A DNA stretch of 51,170 bases from Malacoraja senta. Taxonomy: Eukaryota. Below are positions 37,757-48,932 of this stretch, in pieces. The position numbers and the translations under genes are program-made. The DNA is taken from contig JAXLNO010004732.1 in NCBI GenBank assembly GCA_038087875.1, positions 1-51,170 on the forward strand, read 5' to 3'. Positions within the stretch are counted from its first letter, which is position 1. Every line of letters starts with the position of its first letter. The notes under the pieces were generated by a model that was not told the DNA's origin, did not search any database, and saw nothing but the letters and a program-made list of their open reading frames with translations.

Positions 37757-38942
37757 GAAGTAATATCCTTCCTCTGTATATAATGATCCATTACAGCCCC
37801 TTCGGGTATTAATGACTTCTCCCCCTCCAGACCAGTCCCTCCACGCTTCACTGATCCCATTGCTATAACTGGGGATTGGCAGGTAATGGGATCCTACCGT
37901 CAGATGAGTCCCGTTAGCCCATCCACACAACAGCTGAAATCCAGCATTTACAGGGATACATTCCTTAGACACCTTACATTGGACTCCTTTATAGGTAAGG
38001 TTACATGCGGAACCGTGAACGGGCCCTTGCAGAGAGCAAGTGAGGTTATTTTTTAACATTTATGACTATACACCCGTGTCCTTGGTTACTAAAACAATTT
38101 TCATATTGCCTGTTGTCATTATTGGTGGTGAAGTTACATGGCCTAGCCGGTGCTCTTGACGCCGTCCTAGATCCATGATAGCAATTGTCGTAGGAGTGGT
38201 TATTGTTCTTAGGGAGCGGTAAGCAGTTGGCCGGTGGAGCGAGAAGCCTATCATAGCTGATGATAACGGGCTTGACAGGGACCGGTTTTTCATCCTGGCA
38301 CTTCACCAGTCGTTCAGTTCTGCCCCATGCAGGGGATGGGGTAAACAGGGAGGTAATTGATGTAATTCGTGGATAACAAACCACCTGCCCCTTCCCGAAT
38401 AGCTCGCTGTGTGCCTGAATAAATAGATTGGAGTTTTCTCATTCCCCTTTCTTTCCTCGTTTGTTCCATCCGTATTCAGGCTTTGTCCATTTCCAACCGA
38501 AACCGATTAACCCTACTGAGGTCGTCACACATATTAATGCCACGAAGACCCTCATCTTAGCGGTTTATTTCGTATCTGCGAACACAAGGGAAGGGAAAAG
38601 AAAAGAACGTGCAATTTCATAGCAAAATTAATTCGTACCCTGCTTTTCGTGGACCAGATCCCCCTCCCTGACCTCGACCTCCCCCCTTTGCTTGGTGTCA
38701 CCAAGCACTTTACAATGGTGCAAATGCACCGATGCCGATCGTCCTTCCACCTTTACCGCGGTGGGGGTGGTGAGGAGAACCTGGAAGGGGCCCAACCATC
38801 GAGGAGAAAGGGTGTCCTTACGAACGCAATTCTTAATCAACACATAAGAACCCAGGGTGATCCGTCCATCAACGGGAAAGTCTATGTCGCCCACATAAGC
38901 GGCCTTGATCTCCCCGTGAATCTCACGCAGGGCCCTTGTAAG
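37757..38942 (-). mobile_element. Endogenous retrovirus remnant (class I/epsilon-like): integrase C-terminus + 5' part of env
   Basis: PRWLGPFQVLLTTPTAVKVEGR..VHLHHCK (retroviral IN C-terminus). A signal-peptide-like MRVFVALICVTTSVGLIGFG at 38555 is followed by a Cys/Asn-rich frame with one stop and one frameshift. Confidence 0.8.
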
Positions 38943-39118
38943 CAAAGATACTAGAGGAGCAAGATAGACGACTCCTCCGAAATCCAATGGACTGACGTGT
39001 AGTACGCAATGGAACGTCACGGCCGCCATTTTCTAATGCAAAACGCGACTTCCGGTTTGCCTCCCGCTGCTTTGATCCAAAGATTATATAGCGGAGCGGA
39101 GCGCCTCTAGTATCTTTG
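38943..39118. mobile_element. 176-bp P-family MITE (or MITE + terminal remnant)
   Basis: Perfect 15-bp TIR CAAAGATACTAGAGG...CCTCTAGTATCTTTG. The interior resembles the 5' end of the P transposase element at 50345. No clean TSD. Confidence 0.75.
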
Positions 39119-39589
39119 GTGTAACCAGTGTAATTAGTGTTGTAGGGAACAGTGTTTGATATATCAAACAGTGTTTGATATAGCGCATCTATCACCTCAC
39201 ATATTTCAGTTAATTTTATTGTAAATGTTTTCCCCATTCCCCCATTTCCCTCCCATCTTTCCTCCCCAGCCGCCACCTTTGCGTAGTTTCCCTTGCATTG
39301 TATTGTGCAGCTTCCCTTGTATTGATTTAACACACACTACACAAAATTAAATGTAACTTATATATATATTTATATGAATGTGTGTTTGTGTGTGCCTGTA
39401 TGTGAGAGGCAAGTTGAGGGTCTGTCCCACCAGCATGCAATTGCATGCGTCCAGCGCGACCGAACGTGGTCGCTTGTGGTTTTAAATGTGCTATATAAAT
39501 AAAAGTGACTTGACTTGACATATTTCTCTAGTTTCTTTCTTCAGATTTCCTCTAATTTGTTTAGCAACCTTTTTCTTTCAATCTCTGTG

Positions 39590-39623
39590 TGCATGTATAT
39601 ATATAATTGTGTGTGTGTATCAC

Positions 39624-39659
<36 letters not shown>

Positions 39660-39790
39660 TATATATCACTATATATATCACAATATATATTACAATAAGT
39701 GTGTATATACATATATAAACACATATATTTGTATGTATACACATATATATATACACACACACACATATATATAAAATATATATGAAATCC
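39590..39790. repeat. Compound (TA)n/(CA)n microsatellite
   Basis: Direct reading. Confidence 0.95.
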
Positions 39791-40934
39791 TAATATTGTG
39801 AATAAAATATCCATGAACACAATGTCGAAATATTTTTCCATTATTTCATTCTATATTAGCGTAACACAGTGTAGTGCATACATCCCTACATATTTAAATT
39901 CAGTCGATAAGTTGGTCAAATAATATGGGGACCTTCTTGCTTTTTTTGACACATGGATTTTTAAAACTTGAATGTCTCATAACGATACATTTGTGGGTCA
40001 GCAGTATTTTGCACCAACCCCCACAATTTCAAATAATTCTAAATTGAACTTCATAAACAAGGAAAACACTTTTTATTTACATCATTTTGTGCGCGACATA
40101 TACAGGGTTGCAGTGTTTTGCATATCAGCTAATCAATAAAAGTGATGTCAAATTCAACATATTTCAAACAAAGGACAACATTTCCAACTTATATACAATA
40201 ACTAGACTAAGTTGGGTCCCAGCATCACACGGGAGGGCTGGTCACCCAATGCAATATTCCACCTCTCCACCAATTCCAATATTGCTGGCCAGTGCGGGGA
40301 GGGGGGGCTTTCTGTTGCGCTAGTATGGGTGTTGTGGGCCGAAGGGACTTGTTTCCAGAGGGCTAGTATGGACATTGTGGGTCGAATGGATTCTTGGGCT
40401 GGCAGCTCAGTCACTGAGGCCTGGCAGTACAGTCACTCAGACCTGGCAGGCTGGCAGCTGAGAAACTGCCAGAAATTCTGCCCAAAACAGGTGACAGACT
40501 CTGAGAGAAGGGGGAGAGGGTGGACTGAATGGATTATTGGCCTGGCAGTTCAGTCACTTACAGCTGGTGTGCTGGCAGTTCACTTACTCACGGCTCGTGG
40601 GTTGGCAGTTCTGTCACTGACGGCTGGAACCGATATTGCACCAACCCACTCAATTTTAAATAATTCATAATAGAGATCCATTAACATACTTCTCACTTTA
40701 TTTCTGACATGCATGGTAAGATTTACATAATTAACATTATTCTGTGCGCGAGATATACAGGGTTGCAGTGTTAAGCATATCAGCTAACCAGTGAAAGTGA
40801 TGTACAATTCAACGTATGTAACACAATGATAGCCCCACCCCTGCTTACACCAAAGACCAAAATGTCCAACGAAGATACAATAATAAATAATCGCCATTTG
40901 CATTGTTTTGTGCAGTTAACAAATCACAATTTCA

Positions 40935-41290
40935 CACAATGTACATAAGACGGCAGTTATTTGACAAATACTCCGCAGTTCGGTGTAGATCATGTCCTGT
41001 CGACATCTGAAATTAAAGAAAATATCATGCAGTCAATATGTTCTTATTCTGCATTAAATAACAGAGAGGTATAAAGAAAATGCTCTTTAGGAGAATATTT
41101 TTAAAAGGATGTTGCCATGAGGACTCGACTATCTGAGATCAATGATCTAACTACAGTGAGAGATTGAACAGGCTAAATAAAAATTTCAATATGCCACAGA
41201 AGTAATAAATGTTTTCTTACCTTTCCTCCTTAATGGGGAACCTGAAGAAAGACAAGTCGGGTTGCCTACATTGCCGATTGTTTTTCTCAG
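40935..41290 (-). pseudogene. Second, decayed THAP/P-transposase copy (partial exon 1, 214-bp intron, partial exon 2)
   Basis: NRQCRQPDLSFFRFPIKEER|gtaag at 41221; acceptor tttcag|ATGTCGACAG at 41006; RTAEYLSNNCRL is homologous to the copy at 48664-50242. Confidence 0.8.
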
Positions 41291-41462
41291 GTCCATCTGG
41301 AGCACACGGTATTGGGGGTAGGGTGTTGACATGGATAGAAAATTGGTTGGCAGACCGGAAGCAAAGAGTAGGAGTGAACGGGTCCTTTTCAGAATGGCAG
41401 GCAGCAGCGAGTGGAGTGCCGCAAGGCTCGGTGTTGGGGCCGCAACTGTTTACCATATATAT
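41291..41462 (+). mobile_element. CR1 RT fragment
   Basis: HGIGGRVLTWIENWLADRKQRVG...[11 protein letters not shown]. Confidence 0.9.
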
Positions 41463-41727
41463 CGAGCAACTGTCCATATGGTGCCAGCACAATAACCTGG
41501 CACTCAACACCAGCAAAACACTACAAAAAGTAGTAAACACTGCCCAGTCCATCATCGGCTCTGACCTCCCTTCCATCGAGGGGATCTATCACAGTCGCTG
41601 CCTCAAAAAGGCTGGCAGTATCATCAAGGACCCACACCATCCTGGCCACACACTCATCTCCCTGCTACCTTCAGGTAGAAGGTACAGGAGCCTGAAGACT
41701 ACAACGACCAGGTTCAGGATTAGCTAC

Positions 41728-44700
41728 TGTAGATGAGATATGCATGTGCCTTTAACATAGTGACCTCATACCTACTAACCACTCCCCATATCACAAGTAT
41801 ATCTACAACCTCCCCACCCACAGATCGCTCTCTAGTTCCTGTGACAGACCACGTACAGCTAGTGCAATGTGTAATGCTCCAGTATGAATAAAGATAGTAA
41901 AGTAACGATGCCTCGTTATGGATTCTTTACATGGTGTCGAATAACTTACCTTGCGCCTCCTGTTTATCGGTTTATCATTTAATTTTGTCCCAGTTTTTTG
42001 TTTCCCCCGCCCTCCTATTTCTTTGTCATGGCCTCTTCTGCCCGTAAGCCCGATGTGCTCGTTTTCGATTTAGACATCGCCCTTCGATGGGACGTATTCA
42101 AACGTGACTTTGAACACTATTTCACGATCGCTCATCCTGCCGCCACCGCCGATCTCAAAGCCTCTCTGCTTCTCAACTTGGCTGGTCCCGAGGCCCTGAC
42201 TCGCTCTGACTTCTTCGTCTACGCTGATGGCGAATCAGCTCGGGACCCGGTATGTCTGGTGGCTAAGTTTGATGCTATTTGTGATATTCCGACAAATTGC
42301 ATCTTAGAACGTTTTAAACTGTTCGCGCGGCGTCAGCTCCCTGGGGAATCTGCTGAGAACTATGTCATTGCGCTGCGGCACCTCGGCAGGCGCTGCCGCC
42401 TCCACGCGTGGAACCCCGATGAGATTCTCAGGGACCTACTGGTTTACGGTCTCCGTGATGAGAAGCTTAGGGCCGAACTTCTGCGCAAGCCGGATCTGAC
42501 TTTAACCGATGCTATGCACGCTACTCGCTTAGCTGAAGCTGTTTCCTCGGCGGCGTCGCCGGCTGAGCAGGCGATCAACTTTGCCAGCACTCCCAGTCAT
42601 CTCATGAACACACCCCAGTCGCGACCCCCGGGGTCGCTCGCTGCTCGAGGGGGACGCGCCCCGGGGTTCGGTGCTACAGGGGGAGGTACCCGGCAAAGGT
42701 GCCCTAATTGCAACTTCACGACTCATCAATACAATGTGTGCCCTGCCTTGGGTAAAACGTGTAATGTCTGCAAAAAATTGAACCATTTTGCTGCGGCTTG
42801 TCGTTCCCGTGGGAAGCCTGTCGCTGCTCGAAGGGGAAATTTAAACAACCTTCTACAAGCTGACAGTGCGCTCAGCTCCCAGTGTTATTTCGATGAACAG
42901 TCTGTTTCTGCATCTGACTCCTCTCAGGGGGAGACCAACTTGTTTACCGTGTTGGACGCACCTGCTATGATAACGGACCCTTCTGTGCTAGTCACTGTGA
43001 ACAACTCGACCTTCACTGCTAAGATTGACACGGGGGCTGTGGCCAACGTAGTGTCAACATCTCTTTTCAACCAGATAAGAACTAATGAGCAGATATTTTC
43101 CCAGAGCTCAACCTTGCATGCCTACGGTGGGGAGATTCTTACTCCTGTGGGCAAGGCCACGCTACGCTGTAAGATACTAGAGACCTCTCGGCCCCTCACC
43201 TTCTATCTCCTCGATCAAAAATGCATTCCCCTGTTGGGGATCCGGGCATGCCAGGAAATGGGACTGGTGTACTTCCACCGTGACATCCACCAGGTGCAGA
43301 CTCTTATGGACCCGCTGGCCGATTATCCCGACCGCTTTGATGATCAGCTAGGCAAACTACCCTGCAGCTACAAGATTGTAGTGGACCGTAAGATCGTTCC
43401 TGTGGTCCATGCTCCTCACCGTGTCTCCTTCGCCATGAGGGACAGAGTGGAGGCGACACTACACAGTATGGTACAAATGGGCATCCTAAAGGCGGTCGTC
43501 GAGCCCACCAGCTGGGTCTCTTCCATGGTTGTTGCTGCTAAAAAGGACATGAGTGAGATACGCATCTGCATCAACCCCAAAGACCTCAACCTGGCCATTA
43601 GACGCCCTCACTACCCTATGAGAACGGTGGAAGAACTCGCTGCACAGGTTGGTCCAGCAACGGTTTTTTCTGTCCTCGATGCCAAAAGCTCCTTCTGGCA
43701 GATACCACTGGACGAGCGGTCGTCCATTTTGACAACTTTCGCCACCCCCTACGGAAGGTTTCGGTTCCTCCGAATGCCATTCGGAATCAACTCTGCCAGC
43801 GAAGTATCTCAGCGGACAATGGAGCAGTTGTTTTTAGGTCTACCATGCGCCATAATTGTTGACGACATCCTCGTTTACGGTAAGGACGTTGCCGAACACG
43901 ATGTCAACCTCCGCCAGGTCCTGGACCGGGCCCGGCAAATCAACTTGAAACTGAACCCCAAGAAGTGCCGATTCCGCGTCCCGGAGGTCACCTATGTTGG
44001 ACATGTATTCACCGCTGAGGGGTTAAAGCCAGACCCGCAGAAAACGGCTGCCATTTCAGGGATGCCCCCTTCTACCAATGTGGCAGGCCTGCAACGCTTC
44101 CTCGGCTTGGTAAACTACCTGGGGAAGTTCATCCCCGACCTCAGCGAGCTCAGCGCTCCCCTGAGGGATCTGATAAAAAAGGACACGTCCTGGCTTTGGT
44201 TACCCAACCATCAGAAGGCATTCGACATTCTTAAGTCTAAGCTGATCAGCACCCCCACGCTCAAGTTCTTTGACCTGCAGCGTCCCATTGTCCTCACCTG
44301 CGACGCCTCTCAGTTCGGACTCGGTGCCGCCTGTCTCCAGGTCCATGACGGCCTGCAGCTGCCTGTCTCCTTCGCGTCCCGCACCATGACCGCCACCGAA
44401 CAGCACTACGCGCAGATCGAGAAGGGGCTACTGGCCGTGGTGTTTGCCTGCTCCAAATTCCGGGACTACATCGTGGGCAACACTTTCACTGTTGAAACTG
44501 ACCATCAGCCTCTTGTCACCATCCTCAACAAGTCGATCCATGTGGTCTCAACACGCCTGCAGCGCATGATGCTGCAGCTCCAGCGCTTCACGTTCACGGT
44601 GGTTTATCGTAAGGGCAAGGACATGTTCGTGGCCGACACGTTGTCTCGTGCCCCGCTGACGTCCACCGCTCGCCACCAATATGAAATGTCTGAGCTATTG

Positions 44701-45493
44701 GTGCTACAATTGAACATCGTCCCCTCACAGCAGATGAAGTCCCTGGTTGAACACACTACCAATGACCCTGCCCTGCAACAGCTGTCTGCCGTCATCCGGC
44801 AGGGCTGGCCTGACCGTCGTTCGGCACTGCCGGCTGGTGCCGTGCCCTACTTCCTGGTCCGTGACGAGCTCGTACTACACGACGGCGTGGTGGTGAAGGG
44901 TCACAAGGTGGTCGTGCCCGCGGCGCTGCACGACCACTATTTTCAAGTCGCTCACCGCGGTCATCCTGGGGCCGAAGCCACCGTGTCTCTCGCCAAGAGC
45001 CAGTTCTATTGGCCGGATATGGCCAAATACATCCGGGAGAGGGTCTCCTCGTGTTCCACCTGCAACAGCCTCGCCCCCCACCAGCAGCGTCAGCCGCTTC
45101 TGCAGCAGCCCGCGCCCGAACTGCCCTGGATGGCGCTTGCCGCCGACATTTTCGAGTGGCGGGGCAAACACTTCCTGGTTCTCGTTGACTCCTACTCCAG
45201 CTGGTTTGTGGTTGACCGGCTGCATTCCATAACCTCTTCGGCCGTCATCGATAGGTTGTACCCTCATTTTGGCACTTTTGGCCCCCCGGCAAGCCTGCAA
45301 TCGGACAATGGCAGCCAGTTCACGAGCTCATACCTACTAACCACTCCCCATATCACAAGTATAACTACAACCTCCCCACCCACAGATCGCTCTCTAGTTC
45401 CTGTGACAGACCACGTACAGCTAGTGCAATGTATAATGATCCAGTATGAATAAAGATAGTAAAGTAACGACGCCTCGTTATGGATTCTTTACA
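41728..45493 (+). mobile_element. Gypsy/Ty3 LTR retrotransposon with internal 3' deletion
   Basis: 5' LTR 41728-41931 (TG...CA); PBS-like TGGTGTCG at 41932; truncated 3' LTR 45327-45493; 5-bp TSD GCTAC (41723-41727 and 45494-45498). Confidence 0.96.
42028..45453 (+). CDS. Gypsy gag-pol polyprotein (single open frame; integrase truncated)
   Basis: CCHC knuckles; protease IDTGA; RT LDAKSSFWQI/MPFGI/VDDIL; RNase H CDAS..GLGA, TDHQPL; IN H..HPG/CSTC, ADIF, SDNG; then runs into LTR sequence. First ATG at 42028. Confidence 0.95.
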   Translation: MASSARKPDVLVFDLDIALRWDVFKRDFEHYFTIAHPAATADLKASLLLNLAGPEALTRSDFFVYADGESARDPVCLVAKFDAICDIPTNCILERFKLFARRQLPGESAENYVIALRHLGRRCRLHAWNPDEILRDLLVYGLRDEKLRAELLRKPDLTLTDAMHATRLAEAVSSAASPAEQAINFASTPSHLMNTPQSRPPGSLAARGGRAPGFGATGGGTRQRCPNCNFTTHQYNVCPALGKTCNVCKKLNHFAAACRSRGKPVAARRGNLNNLLQADSALSSQCYFDEQSVSASDSSQGETNLFTVLDAPAMITDPSVLVTVNNSTFTAKIDTGAVANVVSTSLFNQIRTNEQIFSQSSTLHAYGGEILTPVGKATLRCKILETSRPLTFYLLDQKCIPLLGIRACQEMGLVYFHRDIHQVQTLMDPLADYPDRFDDQLGKLPCSYKIVVDRKIVPVVHAPHRVSFAMRDRVEATLHSMVQMGILKAVVEPTSWVSSMVVAAKKDMSEIRICINPKDLNLAIRRPHYPMRTVEELAAQVGPATVFSVLDAKSSFWQIPLDERSSILTTFATPYGRFRFLRMPFGINSASEVSQRTMEQLFLGLPCAIIVDDILVYGKDVAEHDVNLRQVLDRARQINLKLNPKKCRFRVPEVTYVGHVFTAEGLKPDPQKTAAISGMPPSTNVAGLQRFLGLVNYLGKFIPDLSELSAPLRDLIKKDTSWLWLPNHQKAFDILKSKLISTPTLKFFDLQRPIVLTCDASQFGLGAACLQVHDGLQLPVSFASRTMTATEQHYAQIEKGLLAVVFACSKFRDYIVGNTFTVETDHQPLVTILNKSIHVVSTRLQRMMLQLQRFTFTVVYRKGKDMFVADTLSRAPLTSTARHQYEMSELLVLQLNIVPSQQMKSLVEHTTNDPALQQLSAVIRQGWPDRRSALPAGAVPYFLVRDELVLHDGVVVKGHKVVVPAALHDHYFQVAHRGHPGAEATVSLAKSQFYWPDMAKYIRERVSSCSTCNSLAPHQQRQPLLQQPAPELPWMALAADIFEWRGKHFLVLVDSYSSWFVVDRLHSITSSAVIDRLYPHFGTFGPPASLQSDNGSQFTSSYLLTTPHITSITTTSPPTDRSLVPVTDHVQLVQCIMIQYE

Positions 45494-45789
45494 GCTACTT
45501 CCCCACAGCCATCAGGCTATTAAACTTGGCTCGGACAAAACTCTGAACATTAATAGCCCATTATATGTTATGTGCACTTTATCAGTTTATTTATTCATGT
45601 GTGTATAAATTTATATAATTGTATATGGACACACTGATCTGTTTTGTAGTCAATGCCTACTATGTTCTGTTGTGCTGAAGCAAAGCAAGAATTTCATTGT
45701 ACAATCAGGAACACATGACAATAAACTCAATTGAACGAACTTGAACAATAGTATTACTTCAAATAAATAATGTCTGAAAATTATGCACT

Positions 45790-48236
45790 TTATTTATGTT
45801 CCACTTTTTGAAGTTTTTTACAACTCCTTTTAACAGTCATGTTATGCATTTTTCTATTCTTGAATTTGAGTCCATAGTGCATGTGGATACTCACAAAGAT
45901 TGCTACAATTCTAATCTTGACTCTATTGCAGCACAAGTTCATGTCTTTGTATTGCTGTGTGTTATGTATTGCTGTGTTTATTAGATGGGAAATGTTATCC
46001 CTGGTCATCTTAACATCATCAAATTCTGTGCGGAACACTTTCTCGCACACTTCACAGAACCCAAGAAAGTATTCCGAAGGCACCATCAATGAGCCAAAGT
46101 CAGACGTTGATGTGTTGTATGCTTTGTGATGGATGAATATAATAATAATAATAATAGATTTTATTTATATAGCGCTTTTCAGGACTCAAAGTCGCTTTAC
46201 AATTGAGAGTCAGGAATAAACAAAACAAAATAGAGCAGTAAGACAGAGGGGGGGGGGGGAACATGGGACTAAGGGTTTGCAGAGGTGAAGAGATGGGTCT
46301 TGAGGCGGGACTGGAAGATGGTGAGGGACTACTAAAGTGGCATCCGTTCGTAATAGAACTTCTCTGCATGTGTGGCATTTTGAGGACAGTTCATGTGAAG
46401 AGATGATTTTGTGACAGATGTGTCCTGCGATGTAAGCTAGTGTATTCTCTTCAGGGAGATCTAGTGAAATGCTGCAGACTGCATTGTGTTGTTTTGTTTT
46501 ATTGGTATGGGAGATAGATGGAGATGGTTTCTTGACTCTGTTTTTTGTTAGTGTTTGCAATGTTAAGATAAATCTGTCTGAGTCGGGGGAACAGTTTGCA
46601 CTCACAGATGGCTTTATCAGTTCAGCCACCATAACCATCCGGAAAGCACATCGAAACTCCTTCGCTGATGGATTTTCTCTGAATCCGCCCTTTCGCTGAA
46701 TAGTGGAGAACAAATTCTCTACAACATCCTGATTGATCCGAGATGTGAACATAAAACGGGCGTCTGTGCTTTCCTTTATGTGCTGCCACAGCTGTGAAAT
46801 GCAAGAAATTGCAAGCCGCCATCCCTTGACAAACAACACATTTTTAGCTCCAAGCACTGTCAAGCTTCGGAGTACAGTCAAGCATGATTCAAAGAATGAC
46901 TTATGCGCAGACTTTTCAGAAATAGGCCTCCTTAACATTTTGGGGTCCTTGAAAAACCTGCTGTTAAATGAGTCAAACAGTCCATCAACCATTTCAATGA
47001 ACTCTGCCGCATAAACAGCCTCCCCAGGTAACTTTCCAAGAGCTGCATAGGTGTAGACGCCTGCTGCTACCGAATGGCTAAGCACCTGCGCAGCCTTGTT
47101 GACTCTCATTTTAGAGAAGCTGTTTAAAACAAAATGGCCTCTGGTTAATTTATGGGCTTTTCTAATGGGCAACTGTGAATCATGATCATAAAATGTGTAA
47201 ATATTACCCCATTTGATATGTTTTTTTATGCCATCCTCTCCCTTGACATCAAAAACATATTTCTCCAAATTTGAGCGAGTGTTTTTCAACAAGTGGGGTG
47301 GGTCATGCATGCAATAGATATTGGTTCCCCCGTGGACGAAGAAAGGATGGTCTTCTGTCACACCCAAGTTGGAGTACAGGCGAATATTGCTTGGGCCTTG
47401 GTCACAAACAACGGCATTAGGCTGTAGTCCAATAGCCTTGACCTTCTGTAAACATTCATTGAGTAATGTTTGTAGTTTGTCAGCCGTTGTGCAGTCCCGT
47501 GAAAGAAAGTAACCTACAGGTTGCTTCCATTTCCCCATCAAGCCTCTAACCATGAAAACTAGGGCATGGTTGGCAGGCCTTGATGTCTTCCCTTGGGATC
47601 CAAAGTCCTCAAAACCTTCCACTGAATCTTCAGTAATATTGTAAGAGAGGCTTGCACGTAAACTCATTTCGTCAAAGGAGACTACACATAATGTATCCCT
47701 CTCTGACATCCCCGCAACCCTGTCTTTCAAAAGTTCAAAGATCTTAGGGGGAAACCCAGGCCTCACTTCAATATTGCTCAACCACCTACGTAGTGATGAG
47801 ATTGATGGAAGTGTGAAAATGCACTGGCAGAACTGATATGCTCGGGGACTCTGGTGGTAGAGGGACAAGGCAACCACCTTGTCTGAATAACTCCATCGTC
47901 TTCCTCTTGCACTTCTACGTCCAGCCGCATTACGCAACTGCGACGCAAAGAAAGACAGCGCTGGTTCTTGTAAAAATTCACCAGCCCCTCAGATCAAGTC
48001 ACTAATTGTCTTAATTTCTGTAGTATTCTTTTTCATTGATAATTTAATCTGTTGTACTCTTTTTTTGAGGGGGAAAGTACGCTGTCTTTCCTTCTTCAGA
48101 GCTCTGCTGTCATTCACATTTGGTGTGGATTGAAGATCAGGTTTTTCAGGAGTTGTAGAGACATTGCTGGGTTCTTTACGATGAATTTTGTCTGCAGCTG
48201 AGCAGTAAGAATGTTCGGCCAGTATGTTGTGTGACA
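45790..48236 (-). pseudogene. P transposase exon 3 (coiled coil + catalytic core + C-terminus)
   Basis: SPRAY, LPS..SL, FDEM, KWKQPVGYF, CDQG, HDPPHLLKN, MRVNKAAQVLS, NQDVVENLFS, GSLMVPS. One in-frame TGA at 47989-47991 and a ~200-bp insertion. Confidence 0.92.
46136..46328 (-). mobile_element. L2-like LINE 3' end with (TTA)n tail, inserted in the P transposase
   Basis: ccctcaccatcttccagtcccgcctcaagacccatctc...aataaaatctattattattatt; transposase frame resumes as FIHHKAY. Confidence 0.8.
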
Positions 48237-48663
48237 CTGCCAAGACCAAAAAAATGAGAAAGGGAAAAAGAAATGTCAAGCATACTAATGAAAAAGATGA
48301 AGCATATACATGTAAATAAATCAGCATCTACTAATAATTATAATTAAAAATAGATGTGATGCACCAATTTCAATCTACCAGAAGAAAAGTTAAATCAATT
48401 TAAATGTTGTATGAATTATGCTTGAGGAAGCTTTAAATGGATGTTCTTACTTTAATTAAATACTAGTACGCATTCCATCAGCCCACACTGTGTAGTCTTA
48501 CGTGTGATTATAGTTTTGTGAACATTTCACAAATGAAAATAAAAGTACCATACATGCCATTACATATTGACCATTGGCAATTATATCAGTTTGGATATAA
48601 CTTTTTAATATTTAGCCAAAATGAGAGAATATATTTTATTTTAAAAAGGAGAAAATTACTTGC

Positions 48664-48932
48664 CTCTTTGCTGTTTTAAAGGCGTTGGTGAGGATGGGAG
48701 GTTCTCATTCTTCCTCTTGAGTAACCTGCGTTGGGAAGACAGACGTTTTGGCGGGTTAGGAATGTCAAAGAGCGTTGGAACTGCATTCCAATTTAGCCTG
48801 TTCTTGGTCTGCTTGTTGGAAAACTGGTCAAGTTCAAAGTGTAAAGAACAAAGACAACAGTTGGCTGACAAGTACTCCGGAGTTCAGTTCAGGAGATCTT
48901 GTCGACGAGTATTCTGGACCCACTGTTGACAT
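48664..48932 (-). pseudogene. P transposase exon 2 (THAP C-terminal half)
   Basis: Acceptor tttcag|; RCQQWVQNTRRQDLLN*TPEYLSANCCLCSLHFE...RLNWNAVPTLF (C2CH and AVPTLF box); in-frame TGA; probable GC donor. Confidence 0.88.

Larger units (their letters stand above)
41463..45757 (+). mobile_element. L2/Rex1-like LINE 3' fragment (41463-41727 + 45494-45757) that hosts the Gypsy insertion
   Basis: Flanks rejoin as accaggttcaggattagctac-ttccccacagccatcagg; WCQHNNLALNTSKT motif; tail at ~45720-45750. Confidence 0.8.

Noticed and set aside
39119-39333. KLTEICEVIDAL frame as the upstream ERV integrase core
   Set aside because: Similarity is too weak, the spacing to LTRAL does not fit, and there is no TSD around the MITE to justify joining.
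45500-45790. 3' TIR and TSD of the P transposon
   Set aside because: No CAAAG-type end or GTGAAGAG target copy was found; the sequence is an L2-like tail, so the end appears deleted.
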